A stretch of DNA of 64,000 nucleotides from Bacteroidales bacterium (lineage in GTDB: Bacteria > Bacteroidota > Bacteroidia > Bacteroidales > UBA10428), in NCBI GenBank assembly GCA_016935435.1, contig JAFGQZ010000060.1, positions 31,262 through 95,261 on the forward strand. The letters run 5' to 3'. Below, piece after piece: positions 9,038-21,691 of this stretch. The number at the start of each line of letters is the position of its first letter. The stretch's first letter is position 1. A program made the position numbers and the translations under genes. The notes beneath the pieces were generated by a model. That model had not been told where the DNA came from and did no database searches. It saw only the letters and a list, made by a program, of their open reading frames with translations.

Positions 9038-9949
9038 ATGAAAAGCGCAAAAACCGATTTGCTTGTACCTGTCGATTTTAAAATATTCAGCCTGAAATCG
9101 ATAGACTATGCCAAAAGGCTCCGGCAGCTGGTTAAAGGAAAAATACACCTGTTGCATGTAATTGAGTCTCAGTCGTGGTGGGGAAGTATGTTTAACAATG
9201 AAGAACTTGAGAAAAACGCAATAAAAAAACTCGAAATATTACGAAAAGAACAAAACCTTTCTGAAGATACAGTTTTGTCGGTTGTTAGCGGCAAAAGTTA
9301 TTCCGGCATAATTGAATATGCCCATAAAATAAATGCTTTGTATATAATAATGGCCGACAATTATCCCTTTTCGGACGAAGAAAAAATGCTGGGCTCTACC
9401 CTTTCGCAGGTAATTATCAAAGCCGATAAGCCTGTAATCAGTTTAACAAATACTGAAGAGTCGGTTTTTAAAAATGTGGTAGTGCCTATCGATTTAAACA
9501 AAAGTTGCCGGTTACAGCTTTATAATTCCATAGCCCTTGCCTTAAAGTTCCACTCGAAAATTCACCTTGTATCGGTGTTGTTCGGAAAACGCGAAATAAG
9601 CTCAAAGCGTACCTGCGAAAAAATTGAAAAATACAGTAAAGCATACCGGGAGAATGGGATTGACTTTACTGTTCAACTTTTGTTAAAAGACGAATATTTC
9701 GCCTATAAATCGATATTGAAATATTGCCACGAGAATAAAGTCGATACTGTATTAATAATGACACACAACGAGGCAGCCTCTTTTGATAATTATATTGGAG
9801 CTTTTGCCCAGCATATAATAAATGAGGCCACTATGCCTGTAATATCTATTAACAATACTTCGGCCAGCGAAATCGACAGTAAAATTTCGGGCACTTTTAT
9901 CGATCCGTTTGGTATATTCACCAAAAAGCCTAAAACTAAAAAGAATTGA
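9038..9949 (+). CDS. Tandem universal stress protein (UspA-family) domains
   Basis: 303 aa. Two halves each start with the Usp-like strand (LLVPVDF..., VVVPIDLN...) and end in a TVLIMTHN/YIIMAD-like segment. Confidence 0.8.
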   Translation: MKSAKTDLLVPVDFKIFSLKSIDYAKRLRQLVKGKIHLLHVIESQSWWGSMFNNEELEKNAIKKLEILRKEQNLSEDTVLSVVSGKSYSGIIEYAHKINALYIIMADNYPFSDEEKMLGSTLSQVIIKADKPVISLTNTEESVFKNVVVPIDLNKSCRLQLYNSIALALKFHSKIHLVSVLFGKREISSKRTCEKIEKYSKAYRENGIDFTVQLLLKDEYFAYKSILKYCHENKVDTVLIMTHNEAASFDNYIGAFAQHIINEATMPVISINNTSASEIDSKISGTFIDPFGIFTKKPKTKKN

Positions 9950-10052
9950 CAGCAAAACAGGATTTTTTTGGCCTACCGGTGAAATGGCGAAATACGCACA
10001 TTGTATTGTTTTAGTCGTATTTTTACCGGTTTGTTTGTAATTATTTTATCTA

Positions 10053-11000
10053 ATGGCAATAAAAATAGCAATTATTATCTCGATAATTATGCAGGTTGCA
10101 GCGGCTATTGTAGCTATAAACCTTACCCGCGTGGCCAAATACAATATATCGTGGATATTGATTACCATTGCCCTTTTGCTAATGGCCTTCCGGCGGGTTT
10201 TTGAATATTTCCCGTTTGTTTACCGCGAACTTACCGAAGATATGCTGAAAATTAATACCTGGATTGGAATTGCTACATCTGCAATTATTCTTATAGGTTT
10301 TATTTATATACGCAAAATTTTTAATATGATAAAACACTCTGAAGGCGCGCGTCTGGTTATGGAGCGCAAAGTGCTCGATACCATTGTTCGCACCGAAGAG
10401 GCTGAAAGGAAAAGGTTTGCCAAAGATTTGCATGATGGACTGGGGCCACTTTTGTCGAACCTGAAAATGTCGGTTTCGGCATTGGAATCGATCGACAATA
10501 AATCGGACATGGGCGAAATTCTCGATAATATGAAAACCATTACAAACGAGTCGCTGTTAAGTATAAGGGAAATTGCCAATAACCTTAGCCCTCATATACT
10601 TGAAAATTTCGGGTTGTTAAAGGCTATAGATGAATTTGTGAAAAAACTTCTTATTAACCCGGGCCTTGACATCCATCTCGAATCGAACCTGCAAAACAGG
10701 CGCTATGCCTATAATACCGAAATAATTCTTTACAGGGTTGTTACAGAATTGTTTAACAATACGGTGAAACATGCATCAGCTTCGAGGGCCGATATGTCGC
10801 TCGTTGAAAATACAGGCAAAATATTACTTTTTTATTCCGATAACGGAATTGGCATGGAGTTGCCCGCAGACGATATTCATTGGCAGGGCATGGGCCTGTC
10901 GAATATTGTTTCACGAATAAAATCGCTTCATGGTACCGTAAATTTCTTTTCAGCTAAAAATGAAGGTTTCAGGGTTAAGTTGGTTTGTCCGGCCAAATAA
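10053..11000 (+). CDS. Membrane sensor histidine kinase, HisKA_3 (NarX/DegS-like) type
   Basis: 315 aa. Three N-terminal TM helices, H-box FAKDLHDGLGPLLS, and an HATPase_c region (ELFNNTVKHA, DNGIGM, GMGLSNI). Confidence 0.9.
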   Translation: MAIKIAIIISIIMQVAAAIVAINLTRVAKYNISWILITIALLLMAFRRVFEYFPFVYRELTEDMLKINTWIGIATSAIILIGFIYIRKIFNMIKHSEGARLVMERKVLDTIVRTEEAERKRFAKDLHDGLGPLLSNLKMSVSALESIDNKSDMGEILDNMKTITNESLLSIREIANNLSPHILENFGLLKAIDEFVKKLLINPGLDIHLESNLQNRRYAYNTEIILYRVVTELFNNTVKHASASRADMSLVENTGKILLFYSDNGIGMELPADDIHWQGMGLSNIVSRIKSLHGTVNFFSAKNEGFRVKLVCPAK

Positions 11001-11108
11001 ACTTTGCCCTGCAATGTTTATTTAATGCCGTGCTATTGCCTTTCTATAAATTGATATGGTGTAAATTTGGGCAATCTCATTAATTTAGCAGTTCCCGATA
11101 TATATTAA

Positions 11109-11756
11109 ATGAATAAGCTAAACCTTGCAATAGTTGACGATCACAGCCTGTTCCGAAGCGGCTTAAAGCTCCTGCTGCGTAAAAGCTGCGACGATATTAT
11201 TGATGGTATTTTTGAGGCCGGGGGCGGGGAGCAGTTCCTGCAACTGCTAAAAACCCAAAGAATTGATGTTGCGCTTATGGACATCGATATGCCAGATATG
11301 AACGGAATTGAAACCACCAGGCTGGCACTTTGTTACGATGGGGCACTAAAAATTATTGCCCTTACCATGTTTAACCACGACGATTATTATCTTAAAATGA
11401 TTAATGCCGGTGCTTGTGGCTTCTTACTTAAAGATGCCGAAATTCGGGAGGTTAAGAAAGCAATAATTAAAGTAAACGATGGCGAAACATACTTTCCGGG
11501 CAATGTGCTATACCAGATTATTAAAGCCGATAGTGCAACTGAAGCCGATATAGTTCCCGCTGAATTGTCGGAACGCGAAATTGAAATTCTCCAATTGGTA
11601 TGTAAAGGGCTGTCGAACCACGAAATTGCCACCGAATTGTTTTTGAGCAAGCGTACAGTTGATAAACACCGTTCAAACCTGCTCTTTAAAACCGATTGTA
11701 AAAATACGGCACAACTTGTTGTTTTTGCCATGAAAAACAAACTTGTAACCCTGTAG
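11109..11756 (+). CDS. Response regulator, NarL/LuxR family
   Basis: 215 aa. Receiver domain (LAIVDDHSLFRSGL, ALMDIDMPDMNG, ALTMF) plus LuxR HTH (LSEREIEILQLVCKGLSNHEIATELFLSKRTVDKHRSNL). Confidence 0.93.
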   Translation: MNKLNLAIVDDHSLFRSGLKLLLRKSCDDIIDGIFEAGGGEQFLQLLKTQRIDVALMDIDMPDMNGIETTRLALCYDGALKIIALTMFNHDDYYLKMINAGACGFLLKDAEIREVKKAIIKVNDGETYFPGNVLYQIIKADSATEADIVPAELSEREIEILQLVCKGLSNHEIATELFLSKRTVDKHRSNLLFKTDCKNTAQLVVFAMKNKLVTL

Positions 11757-11941
11757 TTCCTTACCAATGAAATTGCTGTTTTTTTTTGAAATATAGTTGT
11801 TTATACATAGTTGTAAGAATTTCGTTCGGTGTAATTTTTTGTTTATTGTAATTTTTGTATTTTGTAAAAAACTTCTGCTGTTAAAGCAAATGTTTAGTAT
11901 TTTAACCGTTTCTGATAAAAAAATATAAACCCTAAAAATAA

Positions 11942-12658
11942 ATGATTATGAAATTTACCGGATACTTTATTATGTTTTGTATGGTTATGGCAGCCTGTAA
12001 AGGAAAAGAAAAACAGGCCGATGGCAATGGAGCGCCAGAAGCCCAGAAGGCTGTTTGCGTTACCGATGGTGTTCCTGTTAAGGCCGAGCCGGGAAAAGAC
12101 GGGAAATGGCTTACTTCGCTCAACATGGGGGAAACCATGCTTTACCTAAACGATGAGTTTAAAGACCCGGAAGGCAAAAACCAGGATTATTACAAGGTTG
12201 AGCTCTCCGATGGCTCTCAGGTATGGGCCAGAACCTATGGCATTGTACTGAATGCCAAACCGGCAGCAGTACTTAGCGAAACCCCCATTTACAAAAGGCC
12301 CGATTTGGTAAACAAAACCGACAAAGCGTTTAAAACTCTTGAATTCCTTGTTGTTGTTGGTGAAAAAGACGACTGGGTTGAGGTTATTGGCGCTGCCAAA
12401 AAGAAAAGCGGCTGGATAAAAGCACAATATATTTCAACAAACGCCGAAGATGTAGCTGTTGCGACCCTTGCTTACAAATCGCTCTTCGATAAAGATGGAA
12501 ACATTCTCACTGACAAGCTCCAACCTTTTATCGATGGCCTTCCTTACCAAAATACCAGGTTTAACGGTTACCTTAACAGCCTTCTCGACGAACAGGTGGG
12601 CGAAATGGTTATGGAAAGTGTTGGTGAAATTGAAGGGTACGAAGAAGAAATAGATTAG
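11942..12658 (+). CDS. Hypothetical lipoprotein with SH3b-like segments
   Basis: 238 aa. Signal peptide with VMAAC lipobox. SH3b-like segments YYKVELSDGSQVWA and DDWVEVIGAAKKKSGWIKAQYIS. Confidence 0.7.
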   Translation: MIMKFTGYFIMFCMVMAACKGKEKQADGNGAPEAQKAVCVTDGVPVKAEPGKDGKWLTSLNMGETMLYLNDEFKDPEGKNQDYYKVELSDGSQVWARTYGIVLNAKPAAVLSETPIYKRPDLVNKTDKAFKTLEFLVVVGEKDDWVEVIGAAKKKSGWIKAQYISTNAEDVAVATLAYKSLFDKDGNILTDKLQPFIDGLPYQNTRFNGYLNSLLDEQVGEMVMESVGEIEGYEEEID

Positions 12659-12685
12659 AACCAGTTCCGGAATTTTTAAATAAAG

Positions 12686-12714
12686 GCTGCCCTGTTCCTT
12701 CTGGGCAGCTTTTA
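12686..12714 (+). terminator. Intrinsic terminator after the 11942..12658 gene
   Basis: Stem gctgccc (12686-12692) / gggcagc (12703-12709), followed by TTTTA, 28 bp after the stop codon. Confidence 0.6.
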
Positions 12715-12867
12715 TAACCCCGCAGATTAACTGTTTAAACCCTAAAGAATTATATTTTAATGTTTTACCTTACCCTTTAATCTGGCTATGGTTTCGCCGA
12801 AACTTTTAGTGTATTCTTTTTTTTTTGAGGGTTTAAGGTTACCTTTAATTACAAATACCATATTAGC

Positions 12868-13251
12868 ATGAAACGAAGTGTTATGTATGTCGATGATGAA
12901 GCTATTAACCTTGAGCTCTTTCGATTAAATTTCGAAGACGATTTTAATGTTATTACTGCCGAATCGGGGGAGGAAGCCTTAACAAAACTGCGTACTGAAC
13001 ATGATTTAATTGTAATTATTTCTGACCTGAAAATGCCCGGAATGGACGGCCTTGAGCTGATATCGAAAATAAAGTCCTCGTCGCCCGACAAAATTTGTAT
13101 TATGCTTACTGCTTATGTCGAAACAGACGTGATGATGAAGGCTATAAACGAGGAGTTAATATTCAGGTACATGCTTAAGCCCTGGAAGCGCAGCGAGCTT
13201 GACCGGACAATAAACGATGCCTTTGAAAGGCATTCAAAACTTCATATATAA
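12868..13251 (+). CDS. Single-domain (CheY-like) response regulator
   Basis: 127 aa. VMYVDDEAINLELF, VIISDLKMPGMDG and MLTAY...KP motifs. No output domain. Confidence 0.9.
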   Translation: MKRSVMYVDDEAINLELFRLNFEDDFNVITAESGEEALTKLRTEHDLIVIISDLKMPGMDGLELISKIKSSSPDKICIMLTAYVETDVMMKAINEELIFRYMLKPWKRSELDRTINDAFERHSKLHI

Positions 13252-13253
13252 TT

Positions 13254-15392
13254 TTAGCTTTTTGTGGCCATATATGGCAAGGTAACAATAAATTCTGCTC
13301 CCATACCGGGTTCCGATTTTACCTCAATCGTCCCGCCGTGTTGTTCAACTATGCCATACGATATATATAGCCCGAGGCCGGTTCCTTTTCCAACTTCTTT
13401 GGTAGTGTAAAACGGATCAAAAATGTGCTTGTGTATTTTTTTAGGTATTCCGGTACCAGTGTCTTTTATGCTGAACACGACTTTTGATTCAACGGGTTTG
13501 TTTGTGCCTGTGATTGTAATGGTTCCCGAACCCTGAATCGCATCGATGGCATTGGATATAAGGTTCATGAATAATTGTCCGATTTTTCCGGGCATGCAAT
13601 GTATCTTTGGAATGCCAGGATAGTTTTGCAAAATAACAATACGCCCCTTGTATTTGTTGTGAAGTATTACAAGGGTTCCCCGAATAATACCGGCAATATC
13701 GCATTCTTTTACCGATTCGCCTTCGTTTTGTGAGTAGTTCGAGAGGCTTTGCACAATTAGGTTAATGCGTTCGACCCCATCGGCCATATTGTCGAAAATG
13801 CGGTTCGATTTGCTTGCAAATTTATCAGCTATTTCTTTTGCAGCGCTTAAATCAACTCTTGTTGGCGCATTTAGCCCTTCACCCTGGCCAAAAACTGTTA
13901 CAAATAGTTGATTTTGGATTCGCTGTAGTGCCTGTATGCCTGCATTTATAAAGTTTACCGGGTTGTTTATCTCATGGGCAATGCCTGCCGCCAGCAAACC
14001 CAGCGAAGCCATTTTTTCCGACTGTATAAGCTGGTTTTTGGTTTCATTTACCAGTTTGAGCGCATCTTCGAGTTCGCTGGTCCTTAAGAGGAGCATTTCG
14101 TTAATTGTGTTAAGTTCTTCGTTCTTCTGAACCAGTTCATTGTTTAAGGCCGAAATTTCTGAGCGCTGCTGTATAAGTTCGAGGTTGGTTTTCTCTAATA
14201 CCAGGTTGCTTTGCGTAAGCTCTTTGTTTGAATGCCCGAGTTGAGCGTTAAGTTGTTTAATTTCGCTTGTGCGTTCGTTAACCAGCAATTCGAGGTGGTT
14301 TTTGTGTTTTTCCAGTTCGGCAGTGCGTTCTTCAACAATAGCTTCGAGTTTTACGTTAAGTATTTTGTTTACCCTGTAGCCCCTGAACCCCAGGAATGTT
14401 GCAAACAAAAACACTATTGCAAGGCCCAGTAACAGCAAGGTGTTTTTTTCGCGCTTTTCCAGCAGCCTGTCGCGTTCAAAAAGTTCTATATCTTTTTGTG
14501 TATTTAGTTGTTGCTTTTGTTTAATAGAATCATTAAGTGCCGATATTTTATTGTTCTTTCCGCTTATCAGCATATCTTTTTCTCGAATGTGGCTGCTTAA
14601 TGAGTCAGACTCGGCAATCTTTACCAATAGCTCCTGTTGTTTCCATAAATAGAGTAGCTCTTTTTCATTAATCTGCTTTATAAGGGTTTCGAGGTTGTTT
14701 TCTTTTATTTGTATGGCAAACGACATGCTGTCAGTTTGGTGCCGGTATTCTTCAATTTCGTTCTTTAGCGCTTCGGTTTCGCTTATAAGTACCGTGTTTT
14801 GGGCCTGAATATGCTTAAGGCGATAGAGTTCGGCTTCGAGGGCTTCCGATGTCGCTTTATATAGTTCTTTTAAATCTACCAGCGAGCCTCCGTGCAGTAG
14901 TAAATCGTTGGTATATAAAAAGCCTTCGGAATCGAGGTTCTGCCGGTTTACTTTATAGGCAAGTGTGCCTTTTTCTTTGTCCATGTAGAAATCTATCATC
15001 GAAAACAGGCCACCCTCGCAATTGTCGGAGATTAAAAGCAATTGCCGGCCTTTGGTCCTTTCGGCAATCCTGGGAGCTTTTCTTGAATATTCTGTGCCGA
15101 TAAACAAAATCTGAAAGTTGTTGCCAAGCTTGTTTTCATCAGCCACAGATATTGTTACCGGCAGGCCTTTAATGGTGTATCTTTCCGATAAATTCCTGAA
15201 CTCGTTAACAAGTGCAGAATCCGTTGTTAATAGGCCAATATTGTAATTCTTAATAGACGGCTGGCTGGGCCAGGTAATATATTCGGCCATGCCAAAAATC
15301 AGCGAAACTTTTATTCTTGATTCGTTATACTGGGCTTTTATGGCAACAAAGGTTAGTAGCCAGATAAAAATTAACAACAGTGTTTGCTTCAT
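13254..15392 (-). CDS. Sensor histidine kinase with N-terminal YfiR/DUF4154-like periplasmic domain and long coiled coils
   Basis: 712 aa. Signal peptide; IKVSLIFGMAEYITWP (DUF4154-like); one TM; heptad-rich segments; H-box AAGIAHEINNP; HATPase_c (NLISNAIDA, DTGTGI, GTGLGL). Confidence 0.88.
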   Translation of the reverse strand: MKQTLLLIFIWLLTFVAIKAQYNESRIKVSLIFGMAEYITWPSQPSIKNYNIGLLTTDSALVNEFRNLSERYTIKGLPVTISVADENKLGNNFQILFIGTEYSRKAPRIAERTKGRQLLLISDNCEGGLFSMIDFYMDKEKGTLAYKVNRQNLDSEGFLYTNDLLLHGGSLVDLKELYKATSEALEAELYRLKHIQAQNTVLISETEALKNEIEEYRHQTDSMSFAIQIKENNLETLIKQINEKELLYLWKQQELLVKIAESDSLSSHIREKDMLISGKNNKISALNDSIKQKQQLNTQKDIELFERDRLLEKREKNTLLLLGLAIVFLFATFLGFRGYRVNKILNVKLEAIVEERTAELEKHKNHLELLVNERTSEIKQLNAQLGHSNKELTQSNLVLEKTNLELIQQRSEISALNNELVQKNEELNTINEMLLLRTSELEDALKLVNETKNQLIQSEKMASLGLLAAGIAHEINNPVNFINAGIQALQRIQNQLFVTVFGQGEGLNAPTRVDLSAAKEIADKFASKSNRIFDNMADGVERINLIVQSLSNYSQNEGESVKECDIAGIIRGTLVILHNKYKGRIVILQNYPGIPKIHCMPGKIGQLFMNLISNAIDAIQGSGTITITGTNKPVESKVVFSIKDTGTGIPKKIHKHIFDPFYTTKEVGKGTGLGLYISYGIVEQHGGTIEVKSEPGMGAEFIVTLPYMATKS

Positions 15393-15515
15393 TATTCAGA
15401 AACCCCGGGTTAATGTGTAAATGCTTTTTATTAAAAATAGCAAATATCTTTATAAATTGCCCAATTTCCCCAGGATTATTTCGGGGGTTAATACTGTGTT
15501 TCCCCACAAAACGGG

Positions 15516-16961
15516 TTAATGTTTTTTCGATAGCAGCAGCATGCCCGCAAAAGTCAATGCACCGTTTAAAATAATAAGTTCAAAGCTTAGTTTATAGCCC
15601 CATAAGAGTTGTTCTGAGTATAAGCTTAGCAGGTAGCACAAAACTGGCGATATAATTGCAACAATGGGTATATAGCGGTCTTTAACCTTTCTTTTAGTGA
15701 AAAGCCCGAAAGCATAAAACCCCAGAAGAGGGCCGTAGGTATAGCCAGCAATCATAAACAATTTCTTAATTATGGCATCATCATAAAACAGACGGAACAG
15801 CAATATAACAGCCATAAACACAGCAGCTACCGATAAGTGTACCCAATAGCGCGTTTTTATTTTTTTTGCTTCACTAAGGTTTTTGTTTTTTTCGAAATTC
15901 AGAAAATCGATGCAAAATATAGTAGTAAGCGATGTAAGGGCACCATCGGCGCTGGGGTATGCAGCCGATATCAGCCCGATTAGGAACACCAGCCCTGCCA
16001 CCGGCCCCAGGTATTCAAATGCAATAACCGGGAAAAGGTCGTCGGTATGGCCGGGGGCAATATGGTTTGCCTGGGCGTAAAACATAATTACGGCACCAAG
16101 TACCAAAAACAAAAGGTTTACAAAAACAAGGGTGAAGCTAAAAGTAACCATGTTTTTTTGTGCATCGCGCAGGTTTCGGCAGCTGAGGTTTTTTTGCATC
16201 ATTTCCTGGTCGAGGCCTGTCATGGTTATAGTAATAAACATGCCGCTCAAAAAGAGTTTCAGGAAATGGCGGTCGCTCTGGTAGCTGGTTTCAATAATTT
16301 TCGATACATCGTTTTGCCATATCTTGTTTAACAGCCCACCAATATCGGTTTGAAGTTCACGTGCAATAAAAATTATTGTAAGTATCATGGCCAGCAGCAT
16401 AAAGGTTGTCTGGAGGGTATCGGTCCACACAATGGTTTTAATGCCGCCTTTGAAGGTGTATAAAATAATGAGGGTAATAAAAATTAGTACATTCACCCAA
16501 AATGGTATGTTGAAAATATCGAATACAAAAATCTGAAGAACATTTACTACCAGGAACATGCGCAACGAGGCCCCCATAACCCTTGAAATTAAGAAGAAAG
16601 CTGCCCCGGTTTTATAAGTCCAGAACCCGAAGCGTTCTTCGAGGTAGGAGTATATCGATGTAAGGTTGAGCCTGTAGTACAAAGGTAAGAGTACAGTTAC
16701 AATTACAAGATAACCGAAAAGGTAGCCGAACACCATTGCCAGGTAGGTGAAACCGGTGGTAGAAACATCGCCGGGTACCGACATAAATGTAACCCCCGAC
16801 AGCGATGCGCCAATCATTCCATAGGCAACAACATACCAGGGCGATACTTTGTTCCCGATAAAAAACGTCTGGTTGTTTGCTTTGCGCGAGGTAAACCAGG
16901 TTACAGCGAAAATAAGGGCTGTGTAAACCAGAAAAACAAAAATTATTGTTTGTGCCGACAT
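15516..16961 (-). CDS. Sodium:solute symporter family (SSF) transporter
   Basis: About 481 aa from the ATG (MSAQTIIF...); the track ORF begins 10 codons earlier at a TTG. It has 12-13 hydrophobic helices and an SSF-like composition (GNKVSPWYVVAYGMIGASLSGVTFMSVPG). Confidence 0.88.
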   Translation of the reverse strand: MSAQTIIFVFLVYTALIFAVTWFTSRKANNQTFFIGNKVSPWYVVAYGMIGASLSGVTFMSVPGDVSTTGFTYLAMVFGYLFGYLVIVTVLLPLYYRLNLTSIYSYLEERFGFWTYKTGAAFFLISRVMGASLRMFLVVNVLQIFVFDIFNIPFWVNVLIFITLIILYTFKGGIKTIVWTDTLQTTFMLLAMILTIIFIARELQTDIGGLLNKIWQNDVSKIIETSYQSDRHFLKLFLSGMFITITMTGLDQEMMQKNLSCRNLRDAQKNMVTFSFTLVFVNLLFLVLGAVIMFYAQANHIAPGHTDDLFPVIAFEYLGPVAGLVFLIGLISAAYPSADGALTSLTTIFCIDFLNFEKNKNLSEAKKIKTRYWVHLSVAAVFMAVILLFRLFYDDAIIKKLFMIAGYTYGPLLGFYAFGLFTKRKVKDRYIPIVAIISPVLCYLLSLYSEQLLWGYKLSFELIILNGALTFAGMLLLSKKH

Positions 16962-17076
16962 GTTGGTATGCTTATTAATAAAATTGCACAAGAATAGTAA
17001 AAAGAAAATTATTTAATAAAAAAAATTGCACCAACTTATTAAGTGGCCTAACTTTGTAAAGGAAGTAACAGATTGA

Positions 17077-17700
17077 ATGCCGAATTTAAATTATCCGTCG
17101 AAACTGCTTGCTGCTGCCGTTGAGCAATTTACCTCGCTGCCCGGTATTGGTGAACGTACAGCCCTCAGGCTCTCGTTGTTCATGCTCAAACAAGATAAAC
17201 AACTGGCTATAAAGTTTGGCAATAGCATAAACGAGCTTATCGAAAAAGTGCATTTTTGCAAGATATGCCATAATATTTCTGATGCCGACACTTGTTCGGT
17301 TTGTAATTCACCAAACCGCGACAGGTCGGTTATTTGTGTGGTTGAAAATATTAACGATGTTATGGCTATTGAACACACTCAACAATATAATGGGCTGTAC
17401 CATGTTCTGGGAGGGGTTATTTCGCCCATGGAGGGCATTGGCCCCGGCGATTTAAATATAGCTACTCTTGTCCAAAGGGCCGAAAACCCTGTCGTTGGCG
17501 AACTTATTTTTGCCCTGAGCGCTACTATGGAAGGCGATACAACTAATTTTTACCTGCACAAGAAGTTAAGGCATACCAATAAAAAAATAAGCATTATTGC
17601 AAGGGGCATATCCATTGGTAACGAACTCGAATATACCGATGAAGTTACCCTGGGCCGTTCGATCATTAACCGGCAATTGTTCGATGGGGGATTGAGGTAA
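17077..17700 (+). CDS. recR: Recombination protein RecR
   Basis: 207 aa. HhH segment [13 protein letters not shown]4 zinc finger [16 protein letters not shown], and a Toprim region ([15 protein letters not shown]). Confidence 0.95.
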   Translation: MPNLNYPSKLLAAAVEQFTSLPGIGERTALRLSLFMLKQDKQLAIKFGNSINELIEKVHFCKICHNISDADTCSVCNSPNRDRSVICVVENINDVMAIEHTQQYNGLYHVLGGVISPMEGIGPGDLNIATLVQRAENPVVGELIFALSATMEGDTTNFYLHKKLRHTNKKISIIARGISIGNELEYTDEVTLGRSIINRQLFDGGLR

Positions 17701-17744
17701 ATGTATGTACCTTTAATGCTTACAATTGCCCTTCAACAATTTTT

Positions 17745-18509
17745 TTAATCGTCGTCGCGCTTTAAAGCCTTACGGGCAGCAAGGGCAGCCCCAATAATTC
17801 CTGCATCGTTTTTAAGGCAGGCCATTTTTATTTCGGTGTTAATGCTAAGCGCAGGCATATAGCGTTCGGGTTTTTTGCTAACTCCGCCACCGATAATTAT
17901 TAGTTCCGGCCAGAATAACTTTTGTAGTTCGTTGAGATATTTATTAAACCTGGCGCCCCATTCTGTCCAGTCCATATTCTCTGTTTCGCGCACCGAATCG
18001 GCAGCATAGCTTTCGGCTTCGATACCGTTGTCGAGAAAAATATGCCCGAGTTCGGTGTTTGCTACAAGCCTGTTGCCCGAGAACAAAACACTGCCAATGC
18101 CGGTGCCAACGGTAACTAAAAGAACTGTGCCGTTTACATCCCTGCCTGCACCGAACTTCATTTCGGCATAGCCGGCAGCATCAGCATCGTTGACAATAAA
18201 CACCGGCAGCCCGGTTTTTTTCGATAATAGTTCCTGGGCATTAACACCAATCCACGACTTATCGATGTTTGCTGCTGTTTTTATTGTTCCGTTCATTACA
18301 ACCGAGGGGAAACCAATGCCCACCGGGCCTTTCCATCCAAAATAATCAATTAACTGGCAAATGGTGCCTGAAACCGATTCTATATCCGATGGCGATGGAG
18401 TTGGAATCCGATGCCTTTCTGCCAGTAGTTTTCCTTTTTTTGTGTCAACCGGAGCCCCCTTAATACCTGAACCCCCGAAATCAATTCCAAGTATTTCCCT
18501 GTTTCCCAT
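17745..18509 (-). CDS. ROK-family sugar kinase (polyphosphate/ATP glucokinase-like)
   Basis: 254 aa. ILGIDFGGSGIKGAPVD N-terminal phosphate loop, VNDADAAG, TVGTGIGS and IIGGGVS motifs. Confidence 0.82.
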   Translation of the reverse strand: MGNREILGIDFGGSGIKGAPVDTKKGKLLAERHRIPTPSPSDIESVSGTICQLIDYFGWKGPVGIGFPSVVMNGTIKTAANIDKSWIGVNAQELLSKKTGLPVFIVNDADAAGYAEMKFGAGRDVNGTVLLVTVGTGIGSVLFSGNRLVANTELGHIFLDNGIEAESYAADSVRETENMDWTEWGARFNKYLNELQKLFWPELIIIGGGVSKKPERYMPALSINTEIKMACLKNDAGIIGAALAARKALKRDDD

Positions 18510-18665
18510 ATTTCAACTTTTTACTAAAAACAAATAAAGCAAAATCATTCAAAAGAAAATGTGTTTTTTACGTTTAATTTAAGTTTTTTTGTTAAAAACT
18601 TTTAATCAATTGATGGCGAATTATTTACTATTTTTGATAATACCCAAATTGGAAATATTAATATT

Positions 18666-19757
18666 ATGGATCAACTAATCCTCAGCTTGTTAAAAGGAAA
18701 TGGCCGTGTAATTCTGCCTGGGCTTGGCGCACTTATTGTTAAACAGAAAGAACCTTTTACCGTTATTTTTAACGAATTTCTGCAGTATAACGATGGGGCT
18801 TTTGTTTCAGCGGTAGAGAAAGAACTTAATGTTGACAGGGAGGAGGCTGCCTCTAAGGTTAAGGCATTGGTTGATGGTTTTGTTGCACAACTCGATAAGG
18901 GCGGACAACTGGTTTTAAATGGTATTGGCACGCTGGAAAAATCGCGTACCGGTAAAATTTCGCTTGCGGCACCCGGAGAGAAAAAAACCGGAGAAACCCA
19001 TGTAAATATTGGGTCCCCCGATTTTAAATCTCCCGAAGTTGAATTCGACGAGAAGGATGAAGAAAAAACAGACAATCGTTCACCGGAAATAGCCAGGCCT
19101 GCTGAAACTGGTGTTTCTTCAGCAATACAAGTTGGGGCTGCAAATACACCGAATACCCAAGCCCCAAAACCGGTAGTTGAAAAAAACGAAAGCACCAACA
19201 GCCGGCCTGAAATAAAGGAAAGCCGCTCTGAAGCCGTATTGCAGCCTTTAAACGGGTTAAATGCGAACAATAACAATAGAAGCACTAAAAGTGTGGTTAT
19301 TTGGATAATACTAATTGTTGTTGTTAATGGCCTGCTGATTACCGGGTTTATTTATATCGATCAGATTAAAGCATTCCTCCACGAAAACAAAGTCGGCAAT
19401 AATACAGAAGAAAGCATTGTAAACGAACCAACGGAAATTGAATTGGCCAATGATTCTGCTTCTTCCATAATTGCCCCGATGGTGGAGGGGCCACTTGACG
19501 ATGACAATCAACAGGCTGCAATTTTTGGCGGTAAAAAATATTATGTTGTTGCCGGTGTTTTCAGGGATGAACAAAATGCCGACAAGCTGGTATCCGATTT
19601 AAAAGCAAAAGGGTACAATGCCGAAAAATTTGGTAAGCTGGGTAGTTTGTTTGCTGTGAGCTACGATGTTTTCCCAACCCAGGAAGAAGCAGGAAAATAC
19701 CTTAACAAAGTTAGGGCAGAGTACGATTCTGATGCCTGGATAAAACTGATAGACTAA
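18666..19757 (+). CDS. SPOR-domain protein with N-terminal HU-CCDC81-like domain and one TM
   Basis: 363 aa. N-terminal VILPGLGALIVKQKEP...; a low-complexity linker; TM VVIWIILIVVVNGLLITGFIYI; C-terminal SPOR segment (KYYVVAGVFRDEQNADKLVSDLKAKGYNAEKF). Confidence 0.78.
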   Translation: MDQLILSLLKGNGRVILPGLGALIVKQKEPFTVIFNEFLQYNDGAFVSAVEKELNVDREEAASKVKALVDGFVAQLDKGGQLVLNGIGTLEKSRTGKISLAAPGEKKTGETHVNIGSPDFKSPEVEFDEKDEEKTDNRSPEIARPAETGVSSAIQVGAANTPNTQAPKPVVEKNESTNSRPEIKESRSEAVLQPLNGLNANNNNRSTKSVVIWIILIVVVNGLLITGFIYIDQIKAFLHENKVGNNTEESIVNEPTEIELANDSASSIIAPMVEGPLDDDNQQAAIFGGKKYYVVAGVFRDEQNADKLVSDLKAKGYNAEKFGKLGSLFAVSYDVFPTQEEAGKYLNKVRAEYDSDAWIKLID

Positions 19758-19804
19758 TTTTTATTAGTTTTACAGGCAATTTTGTTTTTTGTTTATAACA
19801 GGGG

Positions 19805-21662
<1,858 letters not shown>

Positions 21663-21691
<29 letters not shown>

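Noticed and set aside
8854-9039. 61-aa minus-strand ORF in the divergent promoter region
   Set aside because: AT-rich, Leu/Phe/Lys low complexity. It sits in the intergenic region and overlaps the Usp start codon.
18671-19285. 204-aa antisense ORF inside the SPOR-domain gene
   Set aside because: It lies entirely within a gene with clear domain signatures on the other strand. Ser/Phe-rich low complexity with no motifs.
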